NCBI GenBank assembly: GCA_951406725.2
Contig: OX597820.1
Coordinates: 98,890,001 to 98,954,000, forward strand
Origin: Octopus vulgaris
Lineage: Eukaryota
Direction: 5' to 3'
DNA: 64,000 nt
Position 1 is the first letter of the stretch, and each line of letters opens with the position of its first letter. The position numbers were made by a program, and so were the translations under genes. Below are positions 1 through 14,164 of this stretch, piece by piece. The notes beneath the pieces were generated by a model, which saw nothing but the letters and a program-made list of their open reading frames with translations, ran no database searches and was not told the origin of the DNA.

Positions 1-190
1 CTTTTTTGAAGTTGAATAGCAAAATTGCGTGAATATCGCGCTTTGACAGTTCCATTTCAGATGATTATAAGAACGGTGAAAATAATATCTATGTTAAGTT
101 ATCGATACATTTGGGTAAGTCTATGCCTGCATTATCAGACAATTGCTTAAAAAAATGCTTTAAAAATATTCAAAACTCTGCAAAAATGCA

Positions 191-452
191 GGGATGGTGG
201 TGATCCCTGCTGTACTCTTTCACCACAACTTTCTCTCACTCTTACTTCCTGTTTCTGTTGTACCTGTATTTCAAAGGGCCGGCCTTGTCACTCTCTGTGT
301 TACGCTGAATATCTCCGAGAACTACATTAAGGGTACACGTGTCTGTGGAATGCTCAGCCACTTACACGTTAATTTCACGAGCAGGCTGTTCCGTTGATCG
401 GATCAACCGGAACCCTCGTCGTCGTAACCGACGGAGTGCTTCCATCCATCCA
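191..452 (+). mobile_element. SINE family C, 5'-truncated copy with (CATC)n-like tail
   Basis: Near-identical reverse complement of 50168-50422, the 3' part of the tRNA-headed copy. The ORFs 194..397 and 50215..50418 translate almost identically. Confidence 0.85.
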
Positions 453-1805
453 TTGTAATATATTCCATCAACGTTTTTATAGTTAAATATAACATGGTGT
501 GTTCCCTTTTATGAATTTTCTTTGTGTTCATCTAATCTGTAATCATGATTTGTTTCTTGTAGTATAAGACATGCATGGTATGGATATTTTCCATTGGTGT
601 TCGTCTGTTGTAATAGGGGAGCATGGATTTCTAATTGTACTGTTCTGTGACATAATCTAAAAGTCGACTGAGTATACACGTTAACTAATGTTTGTTTACA
701 CGTAGAATTTATTTATTTAGAGGCACTTAGATAAATATTTAAAAGCTAGTTCAAAAATTCACCAACCAGAGAATATCCTCTAAAAAACTCTTAAGTGTAA
801 AACAAACATCATTCACAACGGCTGCCCATTTCTAAGCCAATGGTAATGATACGAAATCTTTGATGAAATTAATATTAACAATAACAATGGCCGTTACCGC
901 TGAACTTAATGATTGGGTTATCAGAGATTATTTTGTTATATTGCTGTTTCTTTGATTTTTCTAAATTTCCACCTGTTTCTCGATCATTTATGAAAGTTGT
1001 TTTTTTGTTTTTTTGGCACCTATAAATATTCATTTGAATGTTTTTCATTTCATTCCCGTCTTCTTACACGGATAATTCAAGGGTGACAAATTTACGTTTG
1101 GCTAGAAATTACATTTTGTAACGCATTTGCTTCCTCTGGGACATTACATACGTATATATATAAGAGAAATTTCTACAAAAGAGCTGAGAAATGAAACCGC
1201 CATGCAAAACAAATGAAGATTTTGTAGTATAGGACATGCCAAACTTAACAAATAACGTTGTCTTGTTGAATCGAGAGACTTTCTATCAGTCTCGTCGACT
1301 GGCATATCAAGCCTTCTCTTCCACATACACTAGCACATGCACTCATAAACACAGACATACATACGCATGCACTTTTACACACACACACACACGCACTACC
1401 TCTCTTGTTTTCTCTTCTCTCCTTGTTCACATGAGACCAATATCTTCATTACTTCCCCCACTGAGTTCATTTAACCTTTGCCCTTTGATATCTCTGTTCT
1501 TTCGTTTGTCACTTTTAACTTCACTTGTATTATTTTTCTTACATTATTTTTCATATATTTTTATACGTTTTCGTTATTACTTTTCCATATCTTTGTATGA
1601 TGTAGATATGTTTATGGCTATATTTGTATTGTCATTAGTTTCTCGCGCTCTTTTCGTTATTTTAGTTGTTTTGTTTTTGTTTCTTTTGTTTTCTTTTGTA
1701 TCATTATTACTTACTGTTTTTACCTTCACATTTATCCATTCCGAAATTTCTTTCTCATACTTCTCTTGATAGGAGATACTTCACAATTTATTCATCTTTT
1801 CATCC

Positions 1806-1867
<62 letters not shown>

Positions 1868-1950
1868 CACTATCTCTATCTCTATCTCTCTCACTCTCTC
1901 TCTCTCTTTCACCTGTCTCTATCTATCTATTTATCAATCTGTCTGTGTAC

Positions 1951-2022
<72 letters not shown>

Positions 2023-2152
2023 GTTTGCTTGTCTAACTATCTATGTATCTCTCTCTATCTATCTATCTATCTATCTAACTATCTCTATCTCTCTCTCACT
2101 CTCACTCTCTCTCTTTCCCCTGTCTCTATATATCTATTTATCAATCTATCTG

Positions 2153-2183
<31 letters not shown>

Positions 2184-2926
2184 AGACACACGTTTGTTTG
2201 TGTATCTATATATGTATATCTCTCTCACTCTCTCTCTCTCTCTCTCCCTCACTCTCTCTCACTCGCTCTCTCTCTCTCTCTCTTTCTCTCTCGGGAACAA
2301 TCGCACATTCCACTATTTATATACGCCATTTCGATCTTGTTTTTCTCGGTTATTACTTGGAATATTTCTGTTAATGATATTACAAACATTCGTTTATGTC
2401 TGTTTTCGTTGCTATCATTGTCATCTTCTCCCCTGTTGCTTTCTTAATACCCATAACTTTTTTTGTTTTTAGCCCCTTGTGCTTAATCAAACTATTTATT
2501 GATTTCTTCATTGATTTGATAATTGATTATTCTCATTACTCCACTGCTACATGAAGCGCTGTGTAGACGTACTTACATTGTAGCTTTGCATCGGTAATGG
2601 TCACCCTAATAGCGTCATAGACCACTAGACGACCGGACAGAGCAAATCACTGGGGCCCAAACACACATAGATACGGGATTCGTAGAATAACACTGGGCTA
2701 TCAGACACAAGTGTGGAGTGGGGCGGAGCAAGTACCCATCATGTTCATGCATTAATACAATACTTTCTCATCCAATGTCAAGACTTCTTTCTGAAGTCAG
2801 TTCAATTTAAGATAGTGGTCTACAATCCTACAGCTATGTTATCTTGCAAAGTATGCAGTCATGAATTTAAAGAAGAATTACAGGAATAAAAATAATATTA
2901 GGTGCGAATATGCAATTGTGTCTTTC

Positions 2927-2998
<72 letters not shown>

Positions 2999-3085
2999 TA
3001 TTTCTTTCTTTCTTTCTGTCTTTCTCCCTTTCTCTCACACAAATACATACATACGTATATATGGGTATGTGTGTATGCATATACG

Positions 3086-3143
<58 letters not shown>

Positions 3144-3285
3144 CATATATATACGCATATATATATATATGTATGTATATCATTTATTTATATACGTACA
3201 CAAATATGCAGGTATATAAATAAAGGTACATGTATATGTAAATATAAACAGATATATAAACATGTGTATATATATATATATATAC

Positions 3286-3362
<77 letters not shown>

Positions 3363-3406
3363 TATATACATATACATATAGATATACATATATTTATGTA
3401 CACACG

Positions 3407-3453
<47 letters not shown>

Positions 3454-3956
3454 AATTTATTTTCTGCATTATATTTTGTTTTTTTTTTTGTTTTTTTATC
3501 TTCTATTCATATTCTACATGTAGAATAATTTCCTTCACGTTCCGATTCTAAGTTCCGCTGTTTGATCATGTTTCAAAACCATTGTACGAACGTTTAACCT
3601 TGGATAATAAAACTACCATTGATGGCATCCATTTCATCACCAATATCCCGTGGGAGAATTACAGAGTAGCACTGATATATAATGAAACACTTCCATACAT
3701 ATTAAATCCGCCCATGCGTCAGCCTACAGATCTAAAATGTACCTGCGAATGAGATTTCTTCTGAAAAAAAAAAATTTCCATTTTTGTTTCCAAGTTGCCT
3801 GTATGGGAGATAGTTATTTTTCTAGTTGGAATATTAGAGTGGTGTGTGTTTATGTGAAAAAGAAAAGTTATATTGAAAATAAACTAAGACACCCAGGAAT
3901 ATATTCTTTGCGTTATTTTTTTTTTTACTTTAGTAGCAAGTAACTAAGTATACGCA

Positions 3957-3994
<38 letters not shown>

Positions 3995-4008
3995 TACATA
4001 CACACACA

Positions 4009-4099
<91 letters not shown>

Positions 4100-4273
4100 T
4101 ACATATATATATACACATATATATATCCATCGATCAATACCTAGCAAGATCACACACACTCTCTCTCTCTCTCTCTCTCTCTCTTGCTTTCTCTGTCTTT
4201 TCTATCTCTTTTCTCATCTTTCTATATATATATATGTATATATGTATGTATAGATGGATAAATAGACAGATAA

Positions 4274-4317
<44 letters not shown>

Positions 4318-4664
4318 CAGTATGTATGTGTGTGTGCGTGCGGGTATGTGTGTGTGTCTGTGTCAGTGCGTGTGTGCGTGTGCGAATGTGATTATCGAAG
4401 CTGTAAGAAAATGTATCTTTGTGGACGAAATTGAAATAAATATTAAAATATTGTAGAAAATATATTTTGCTTCTAAACAGAATACATACATAGTGTATAT
4501 GTGTGTTTGTATGAACTTAGGTTTTTTGCAGTGTATGAATATGTCTTTATGAAGGAAGAACGTAGGCGAGTATAGACAAAAAGAGCACTCGGTTTTGTAT
4601 GAATGAGTATATACTATACGTACGTAGGTACATGCGTGTGTGTGTGTTAGTGTGCGCATGTGTC

Positions 4665-4695
<31 letters not shown>

Positions 4696-4739
4696 TGTAT
4701 GTATGTATGTATGTATGTATACGCGCAGGTTTAGCTGTA

Positions 4740-4934
4740 AGGCGGCGAGCTGGCAGAAACGTTAGCACGCCGTTCTGAGTTCAAATTCCGCCGAGGTCGA
4801 CTTTGCCTTTCATCCTTTCGGGGTCGATTAATAAGTTCCAGTTACGTACTGGGGTCGTTATAGTCGACTTAATCCGTTTGTCTGTCCTTGTTTGTCCCCT
4901 CTGTGTTTAGCCCCTTGTGGGTAGTAAAGAAATA
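4740..4934 (+). mobile_element. SINE family B (Nin/Deu-domain-like), internally deleted
   Basis: GGCGGCGAGCTGGCAGAA head, B-box-like GAGTTCAAATTCC, central GCCTTTCATCCTTTCGGGGTCGA motif, tail AGCCCCTTGTGGGTAGTAAAGAAATA. Recurs at several other sites in the window. Confidence 0.85.
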
Positions 4935-4936
4935 AG

Positions 4937-5098
4937 ACGCTTGCTTCCCAACCACATGGTTCCGGATTCAATCTCACTGCATGGCACCTTGGGGAAGTGT
5001 CTTCTACTGTAGCCTCGGGCCGACCAAAACCTTGTTTGTGGATTTTGTAAACGGAAACTGAAAGAATCCCATCATATATATGTATGTGTGCGTGTATT

Positions 5099-5172
<74 letters not shown>

Positions 5173-5360
5173 TGTTTGTCCCCGCACCATCACTTGACAA
5201 CCGATAGTGGTCCGTTTATGTCCCCGTAATTAGCGGTTCGGCAAAAGACACCGATAGAATAAGTACTAGGCTTACATATAAGTTCTGGGGTCGATTTCTT
5301 CGACTAAAAAAGCCCTTTAAGGTGGTGCTCCACTATGGCCGCAGTCAAATGTCTGAAACA
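4937..5360 (+). mobile_element. SINE family A (tRNA-like head, CORE-like CACCTTGGGCAAG motif, internal TA/TG microsatellite)
   Basis: Colinear with fuller copies at 32851 and 49736; ends GCAGTCAAATG.CTGAAACA. Confidence 0.85.
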
Positions 5361-5404
5361 TATAATATAATGTATATATATACATATGTGTATACATAAC
5401 TTTA

Positions 5405-5812
5405 ATCGTTTATTTGCCTCAGTCATTTGGCTGCGGCCATGTTGGGGTACCGCCTTGAAGGGCTTAGTCGAGCAAATATTTTATAAGTTTGTTATTTATT
5501 CCAAACATGTTGTCGAACTGTTAAGTTACGAGCACCTAAGACCCCCGCCCCGGCTCTCAAGGGGTGGTGTGGGACAATCGCAAGACAAAGACACACACAA
5601 AAATATATACATATAAATACACACTAACAGACATACATGTATATATACATACATACGACGGGTTTCTTTCAGTTTCCGTCTACCAAATCCACGTACAAGA
5701 CTTTGGAGCTATAGTAAGAAACACTTGCCCAAAGTGCCACGAAGTAGGACTAAACCTGGAATTATATTGTGGGGAGGTAAACTCCTTACCTCACAGCCAA
5801 GACTGCGGCTAT
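5405..5812 (-). mobile_element. SINE family A, diverged, tail-to-tail with the previous copy
   Basis: CAGTCATTTGGCTGCGGCCATG, TTTCAGTTTCCGTCTACCAAATCC and ACACTTGCCCAA motifs in reverse orientation. Confidence 0.8.
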
Positions 5813-6118
5813 ATATACATGTGTGCTTGTACGAGTGTGTGCGTGTGTGTTTTTATGTATTTGTGTGCATATGTGTGTTTGTGTGTGTAGATTAGTCAGA
5901 GCATGATTCACAGCCCATGTCCCTTCTCTAACCTCAAAAATGTTGAGAGCGAAGGAAAACACTTTTAAAGGGGTCCTGAAACAATAGAGCAGTTGCAAAT
6001 GCTTACAATACGGTGGATTCTATTGAGTGCAGACAAGAGCCAGGCAGTGATGTTAAGCCGGACTACATGTGTGTGCATGTCTATACACGTCAACATGCAA
6101 ACATATGTGGGTATATTA

Positions 6119-6184
<66 letters not shown>

Positions 6185-6192
6185 GTATATAT

Positions 6193-6470
6193 AAGAGACC
6201 AAAGTGTACGTACGCCGCTATATTTTATATATGAAAAATACAAAAATGGGACAAGAACGCAAAACATCCAGACAGTTAGGTGAAACAAAAGAGATTATCT
6301 TTGCAATTTCGAGCCGAAATTGCAAAGTTAATTTGAAACTCGACTGAGGATAGAAAACTCCGAATGATCCGTCCTTGTTTTCCTTGGATCGTCTGTCAGA
6401 ATGTTTTGTTGTCCCTCTTTTGCATCACCTAACTGTCTGGATGTTTTGCGTTCTTGTCCCATATTTGTAT
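6193..6470. mobile_element. PLE-type terminal-repeat fragment with inverted 56-bp arms
   Basis: 6238-6293 and 6415-6470 are reverse complements with 3 mismatches. Flanked by (TA)n. The GCCGAAATT...GACTGA.GA...CGAATG block recurs at 19858 and 34020. Confidence 0.6.
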
Positions 6471-6504
6471 ATATATATATATATATGTATATGTATATAT
6501 ATGA

Positions 6505-6543
<39 letters not shown>

Positions 6544-6637
6544 CGTGTAGTTCAAGTTTATAGTAAAACAAAGACGAAGACTGGTGTTGGAAACAAGCAA
6601 GTATCTTAATTTGAAGCTCGAGAAAAATACAAAGGTC

Positions 6638-6672
6638 TTTTTACATTTCGAGCATACGCTCTTCGACAGAAA
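6638..6672 (-). ncRNA. minimal hammerhead-ribozyme-like motif, variant core CUGUCGA
   Basis: Minus strand reads TTT-CTGTCGA-A-GAGC-gtat-GCTC-GAAA-TGTA-AAA. Same stem II as the canonical-core copy at 28552. Confidence 0.5.
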
Positions 6673-7178
6673 GGAATATAATATAAGATGAAATAAATAG
6701 AGAGAGAATGAAAAAAAAACGTGTTGAGTTCAGTAGTCCAACATGGCGAATGATTGCAAAAAGTGGTTGAATGAAGAGGAGATAATTCATGGTGATCCCA
6801 ACAAGAGGAAGTGCGCAAGCGTGTGTGTGCATGTAAGAATGGTGTGTGTGAGTGAGTAAGCGTGTATGTGTGAATGGGGGCGAGTGAGTTTGATGTGGTG
6901 TGTGCGCATGTGTATGTGTGTTTGTGTGTGTGACTGTGACCAAATAGCATGCTTTTGTATAGTGTATGTATGGGTGAAAGTTATCTTTGTCTATGTGTGT
7001 TGCGTGCATTTATGCCTGTTGCGTGTGTGTGTGTATATGTATATATTGTATGTGTTCAGATATTAGATGCTTGTGTGGGTGTGAAGTGTGCATGACGGTG
7101 TGTGGTGTGTGTACTGAGTTAAACAGTGTGTGTGGCTGCTCATATAGTGGTATGTGTGGTGGCATTATTGAAGATTGT

Positions 7179-7222
<44 letters not shown>

Positions 7223-7490
7223 ACGATGATGTGTTATGTGGGTGTTGAGAAGAGTGTGTGGAGTGGAAAGGTGTTGTTGGGAGGGTGTAATGGTGTGTGA
7301 AGCGAGTGATGTGTTGAACAGTGCGTATGGGTGTGTGTATAGTGGTGAGTGTGGGTGACGGCACCGAGGTGGGTGGTATGCAGGTGTGTAGGTGGAGGAT
7401 GTAGGAGATGAGTGGGACTCCGTGGGGGATTGGTGCCACATGAAGAAAGGAGGTGAGATGAAACCATGTGGTACAAAGGAACGAAGAAAG

Positions 7491-7568
<78 letters not shown>

Positions 7569-7656
7569 GTGTATATATACACACACACATAGGTAATGAC
7601 AGATTGTGAGTTAGAAGGATGGAAGTATGTACGTATTTATATATATATACATTACC

Positions 7657-7706
<50 letters not shown>

Positions 7707-8727
7707 CATACACACATATATATATACATACACATATATATATATATTTGTGTGTTTATATATATATTTATATATGTATATATATGTATATATATATATA
7801 CACCTATATATACCTTCATATAAATACCTATATATATACCTACATATATACATATATGTGTATGTATGTACATATATGTATGTGTGTGTATGTGTGTACG
7901 TATGTGTGTGTGTGTGCGTGCGTGTAAAGCAGGATGACCAATGATAGGCAATTTTATGAATTTCCATTGACCTATAATTATGTAAACACACGGCATATAC
8001 ATTTATAAGTTGCATATATTGTCCAAATGAGCGCATGATTGTCTACACACACACGCACACATATGCATCCACACACGTACACGCTCGCACATATATATGA
8101 GAGAGGGGGAAGAATACACACATACACACATACGCACACACACATGCACACACATATGATGTATATGTATATATGCGCATTTACACAGACAAATAGACAG
8201 TCACACGGACAGACAGATACATACATACTAACATATATAGATTATTCCTTTAATGCGTGTATATATATATATATATATATATATAAAACTATAAGAATGC
8301 ATACATACGTAATTTGTGTTAATATGTGTGCTGCGTGTGTGTATATATTCGTATATATATCATTCGTGTGACTGCGTATATATACATACATATATATATA
8401 TACACATATATATACGTATATATATATATATACATATATATATGTATATATAAATGTGTATATATGTGTATATATATATGTACGTACGTGCTTAAATATA
8501 CGTACATATATATACATATACATATGTATGTGTATACATATATATATATGTACATACATATATCCAGATATAGATACATACGGATAAATATATACATATA
8601 GATGTAGTTATATCCCCCTCATATACATACATACAGGCATACATACATGTATTCTACATTCAACCATACATTTATATAAATATATATATATATTCATTAC
8701 TTAACCTTATGTATAATGTACATATGC

Positions 8728-8821
<94 letters not shown>

Positions 8822-9756
8822 TGTATGTATGTATGTATGTATGTATGTATGCATGCATGTATGTATGTATATGAGGTTAAGTAATAAAAATTTCCATTAA
8901 TTCTTTTTTTTTACCTGACATGTTTCGTCTTTCTTGTAAATCTAATTTTCTAATCTTCTGATCTCAATTATGAATGGGAAATGAATTCGACCAAGATATT
9001 TGTATCTTTGCACTCACACATCATACACAAACTTACCGCTATGTCTTTACTATTGTATATAGCTCTATTGAATATTATTAGTGATACGTTGCACAGGAAT
9101 CACTACGTGACAACGTGTTACTGTTTTTTTTTGTTTTGTGCTACATAGATGTGTGCACTGTACACGCGTGTGTGCGAATTTTGCTAATGTACGTGTGTGT
9201 GTGTGTGTCTGTGTGTGTTTGCGTGGCGGTGGTGTGCTTATGTCCAGCGTGGTGTGTGTTGCGTTTCGTATGTATATATAGATTCTTTAAATGTCCCGTT
9301 ATGCACACGTACTATGCCTCTGTTAGAAAGCTGATTTTGGCACACAATAACACGTGCAAAAACACACACACATACATTTATGTATGCCTGTATTTATCTA
9401 TTATATGCATATATATACATATATGATTCACAACATATTTTTGTAGGAGTTCTTTACGGTGATAATAATTTCAAATCTAATACATGATATACATTCTTGT
9501 TTTACTTTTGGATAAACATACAAATTTAGCTTCCCTGCGAAAAGTAAACAATATGGTTTACCACGAATTTTCGTCACTACGTAGGTAGAAAAAGTGTTGT
9601 CGACATAACCGGTTTCTACTCTATTTAGATATTCATCAAAGAACACTCATTCTCTGTCCATAGATATATTAATAGGTTCTAACTGTTATTGTATATATCA
9701 ACAAGGACACAGGTTACATAGTCCTTCCATCTTATAGCTTGAATAACAGAATCATA

Positions 9757-10253
9757 TTGGGTTGTCCGGAAAGTTCGTGCCGATTTATAGTAGCTTATCT
9801 TTCGACTTATTTTAGAACATCGTTGAGTCCATAAAATAGGATCTGACTACACTTCCATTTAGAGCACAGTTTAAGCTATCTTTTCGTGGAAGAAGATTTA
9901 TTTTCCTATAACTTTTGTTAATTCTGTAACCCTTTAAAATGGAGGGTGTTACCCCACCTTTCCATATTCACCAGATATTGCTCCTTTGGATTTCCACTTA
10001 TTCAGGTTTCTGCAGAATAGTCTTAATGGTAACAATTTTAATTCCTTGGATGACGTAAAAACATACCTTGATGAATTATTTGCCATGAAACCACCTCAAT
10101 TCAGGGAAGAGGGTATTTTCAAGTCAAAGGAAAGATGGAGACTCATTGTGCAACAAAATGATTCATATTTGGTTGACTAAAAATGTAATGGCAAGTATTT
10201 ATTGACCTTTTTCTTTCCTTTAAAAATCGGCACGAACTTTCCGGACAACCCAG
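9757..10253 (+). mobile_element. non-autonomous mariner (internal-deletion derivative)
   Basis: 30-bp TIRs (TTGGGTTGTCCGGAAAGTTCGTGCCGATTT, 1 mismatch) with TA on both sides. Retains the transposase C-terminus PYSPDIAPLDFHLFR...ERWRLIVQQNDSYLVD*. Confidence 0.93.
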
Positions 10254-10531
10254 TATAATTTAGAATATGTAAAATATGCCATAAGAATTTTAAAACTTCC
10301 GAGAGAAAAATAAAATATTTCTCCTTTGGAATAACGAAGCAACTGATAAAGTTATACAGTTATAAAATAATATCATATAAATCTTGCTTCGAGATCCACT
10401 ATTCCCAAATATTCCTGCCACCTCCTCTTCACAAGCTGTCAGTTATACTGTAACATCTCTTATCCTTCCCTGGCCCTTGAGTGCTGGGTGTGTCTCGGCA
10501 AGTGACTAACAAGCATGCAGATCAAAGGTAG

Positions 10532-10625
<94 letters not shown>

Positions 10626-10627
<2 letters not shown>

Positions 10628-11066
10628 CTCAATACCACAGATTTGCTTGTCTGTTCTTTGACCTTAACCAGTTGAGCATGTCCTTTAGTGGCTGACGATA
10701 TGTGCATCTCTGATCACAAGCATAAGTAGTGTGGGAGCATCATAGCCGTGTGTTGAAAAGAATTCTTAGAGGGTTGGATAATTCACCTCTGGAAACATAG
10801 GGGTTTCGTTCAACATCCTTAAACAACCCTTATTCAGGGACCTTTTGAGTGGGATGAGTTACTCTACCAGAAGAAAATTCTAACTGGGCCCCACCTGCAA
10901 GGTCATGCGCTGTTTATCTTGATATGAGATCACCATGTCGTGCACATAGGGTTGTGATGCATGTCCTCAGTGTACCCTTACCAGACGGGTAGTCATGATG
11001 GATATACTGGGCTTCGTATATTTTACCCCAGTGTCACTTTGATGGCATGCACTGCTCTCTCACTCT
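10626..11066 (+). mobile_element. dispersed repeat next to an (AAT)n tract, probably the 3' UTR of a non-LTR retrotransposon
   Basis: Complex non-coding block between (AAT)n at 10532-10626 and (GA)n. It resembles a repeat I associate with octopus genomes; no second copy in this window. Confidence 0.45.
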
Positions 11067-11131
<65 letters not shown>

Positions 11132-11142
11132 CCAGACAGCCA

Positions 11143-12060
11143 GAGACTGAGATGCGGATGGTTTTCGGGCTAAATTAGACAATTGGCATGAAAGAAAAGG
11201 AAAACAATATCCTATCGTAAAATAAAAAGGCATTTTAAACAATAATAAATTATCAACTAGAATCACTTAGGTTATGGCTGGGAGATAACAGTTTACTCAA
11301 AGTAGCCACCCTCAGCTTCCACGACGGTCTTCCCTGGGAAGATCTTCGAACACCTTGATCTTAGGTACCAGGTCGACCTTGTGTTGCAGGCAGAGCAGTT
11401 GATGTCTTTTCTCAACCACGCTCTATTTATAGTAATCCATGGGATTACGATCGAGGGAATTAAGAAACCAGAAATTAGGGCAGGTAAGTCGGAGGAATTT
11501 CTGACAACCACCTCTGGCTCTTTCCGGAGGTATAGCAAGGAGCCGAATCCTGTTGCCACACATATGACCTTCCAGCAGCAAACTACCTCCAGTCAAGGGT
11601 TGACCATAGACTCCGACAGCTTCACCTAGCCTAAGGCCCTGTTCAAAGATGAGGGGTGGCATGCTGTAACCCTCACAGGAGACACATCCACGGACCATCA
11701 CAGTTTGGAAGAACTTGCTTTTCGTGATAAATGAGACATCACATGGATTGTAGGCAAACCACCTGTGGTTCTGGGTGTTCTGTAACTGACTCTAGCAGAA
11801 TTCCTTTTCATCTGAGAAGAACCAGATCATTCCCGGCTCGAGAAGATATCTCAGCTTGTTCAGGAGTTTCTATGCTTTCGTCAAGCACTTCTCTTTCATC
11901 TTGGTCGTCAGAATTTTTCCCCTACGGCTCTTGTACGAGTGATGGCAAAGGTCGTCATTCAGGGAGCTGGCTTCATAGTGGCGACTCCAATGCCCATTTC
12001 TCTCGCCAACTCCCAAATTCCATTGCTCAGATTTTCCATCACTTTGTCCTGCAGATTTTT
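11143..12060 (-). mobile_element. decayed maT/DD37D (Tc1-mariner superfamily) transposon
   Basis: Minus-strand frames give IWFFSDEK, YVWQQDSAPC, ...NPMDYY and VEAEGGYFE*, with stops and frameshifts. About 37 residues separate the 2nd and 3rd Asp. TIR-like GAGATGCGGATGGTTTTC near 11146 resembles the end at 35430-35450. Confidence 0.85.

Positions 12061-12125
<65 letters not shown>
12061..12125 (+). repeat. (GATA)n microsatellite
   Basis: Direct reading. Confidence 0.95.
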
Positions 12126-12126
<1 letters not shown>

Positions 12127-12127
12127 A

Positions 12128-12288
12128 AGTGACTGTGTGGTAAGAAGCTTGCTTCCCAACCGCATAGTTCTGGGTCCAGTCCCCCTGCGTGGTACCTTGG
12201 GCAGGTGTCTTCTACTATAGCCTTGAGCCGACCAAAGCGTTATGTGTGGATTTGGTAGACGGAGACTGGAAGAAGCCATTCGTATATA

Positions 12289-12319
<31 letters not shown>

Positions 12320-12422
12320 TTATGCGTGTGTTTGTGTTCCCCCACCCATCTACCCACCTCCCATCACTTGACAGCAGATGCTGGTGTGTTTATGCTCCCA
12401 TAAAAATAAAAAGACCGACAGA
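12128..12422 (+). mobile_element. SINE family A, 3'-degenerate
   Basis: GTGACTGTGTGGTAAGAAGCTTGCTTCCCAACC...GTGTCTTCTACTATAGCC. Confidence 0.8.
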
Positions 12423-12879
12423 ATCATTTAACCACGGTAGTGGTTGAATATATTCTTAAGTCCGCCATTTCGTCAATTGCAGCAGATTCCAAGCTTCACC
12501 AGTAATTCAGTTCTCAACTAAATTGCAAATTATTAATAGTTTTAAAGAGGACACCTCCTCAGCTACACTTTGGCATAAATAGTTTCAGATTTGGTTCAGT
12601 AGAAAAAAAGTTACACCAAAACATGTCAGACCTCAAGGTGGGCACTAAGGCAGGTATTCATCTTCAATTAACATACTTTTTAATTTTAAAATTAAAGTAT
12701 ACTTTTCTTAGGCTTAAATGATAGAAAAGTGCATGAGGAATTCAGAATCATTAGTCGCATTGAACAAAATTAGTAGAAAAATAATTATGAGGTAAAATAT
12801 GAAATAAGAGGGGCAGCAAGTAGGTGAGTAATGCTCCAAGCAATAAGAATATATTTCTAAAATGAATATTTCTAGTCTG

Positions 12880-13000
12880 AGACGGTGAGCTGGCAGAAAT
12901 GTTAACGGTCCGGGAGAAATACTTTGTAGCATTTCGTCTGTCTTTACGTTCTGCGTTCGAATTCCACCGACGTCAACTTTTCTGTTTATCCATTTCGGAT
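12880..13000 (+). mobile_element. SINE family B, 5' half
   Basis: GACGGTGAGCTGGCAGAAATGTTA...GTTCGAATTCCACCGA. Confidence 0.7.
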
Positions 13001-13619
13001 CTATTCAATTTGACGTACAGTTATTTAATTAAATTTTTTAACTAAACACTTTGAAGCTTCCAATACAGGTAGAATGTGTCACATAGAACAGGGTTACTCT
13101 TAACGTTTTTGACAAAATTTTGTATTTTAGAAGTTATTTCGTCACAAGTTACTGAGTGACAATGGACAAATTCGTGTTTGATAAGTGCCAATACACGAAA
13201 CTCTCAGCTTTTTACTTACTCTCTAACTTCTGCCGATGATATATATACATATTACATGCATGTGTAAAAAAAGCTTGTCTATCTTTTCATCTCTGCAATC
13301 GAACCAATGAAAGATCGCTGCAAATGGCTGAAACGTGTAAAAAGAAAATAAAACCATTAAGAAACAGATATTCTAAAACCTAACGGAAGGTCAGGACGAT
13401 AATTGTATTTCTAAGTGCTATCCTAATGTCTTCGATTTTGAAATATTTGGTAGAAACCAAAATTGATTTCTGACGATTCGTCTGCAGTATTAGGGTTGAT
13501 TTGAGGCTAAATGACATTATGTTAAATTTCTATATTAACATTCGCACGTATTTTTAGTTTTTTATTTTTGTTTGTTTTTTGGGGGTTTTTTTGTCTTTTG
13601 CTTTGTTCATTTTCACTCT

Positions 13620-13870
13620 TCATTTGAAAATAGAAATTTCTAATTTCCTCTTCATTTATCCAAATAATCACTACCCGGAAAATTTCCAATAGATGGAGCC
13701 TAGTTTTGTTGCTTATCTACCTTAACGCGGTCCATTAATTTAATTCCAATTTGACGGATATACCTCTCATTGCATTGCTGATATGAAATGCAATACTTAT
13801 TCTTTACTTTACTAGAAGTAATAGCTTGTCCTATACTTTTACAGGTGTAAAAACTTGTCCTGTAATTTTC
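13620..13870 (-). pseudogene. highly decayed PLE GIY-YIG endonuclease remnant
   Basis: Minus-strand YCISYQQCNERYIRQIGIKLMDRVKVDKQQ resembles the PLE pattern Y-I-C-x2-C-x3-YIGQT...R...H. Confidence 0.55.
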
Positions 13871-14164
13871 CAAGTTTATAATCTTAAGAATACTTCTTTT
13901 CATGCTCGCATTTTTCCCTGTAATAAGTTCTAGTCTTACAAAGAATAAATCTTGGGGTCGATTTCTTCGACTAACCCCTTTTAAAGCATTACCAATGGGA
14001 AACAAGATATTAGATTTGGTCCAATTACATAAAGAAGAAAATTCTACATGCTCAAAAATTTCCTTCAATTTAAACTGGGCTTTTTTTATACAAATGTTAT
14101 TCACCTTGGCGCGATTTAAATTGTCAGGTTTTTTGACAGTGTGTGACTGTATTCTTTTATTCGT

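Noticed and set aside
194-397. Duplicated 67-aa ORF (also 50215..50418) as a gene family
   Set aside because: Both lie within copies of the same SINE.
515-660. ~50-codon minus-strand open frame after TTTTAG
   Set aside because: No homology recognised; insufficient evidence for an exon.
9428-9646. 72-aa non-repetitive ORF
   Set aside because: No recognisable motif or convincing splice boundaries; this length is expected by chance.
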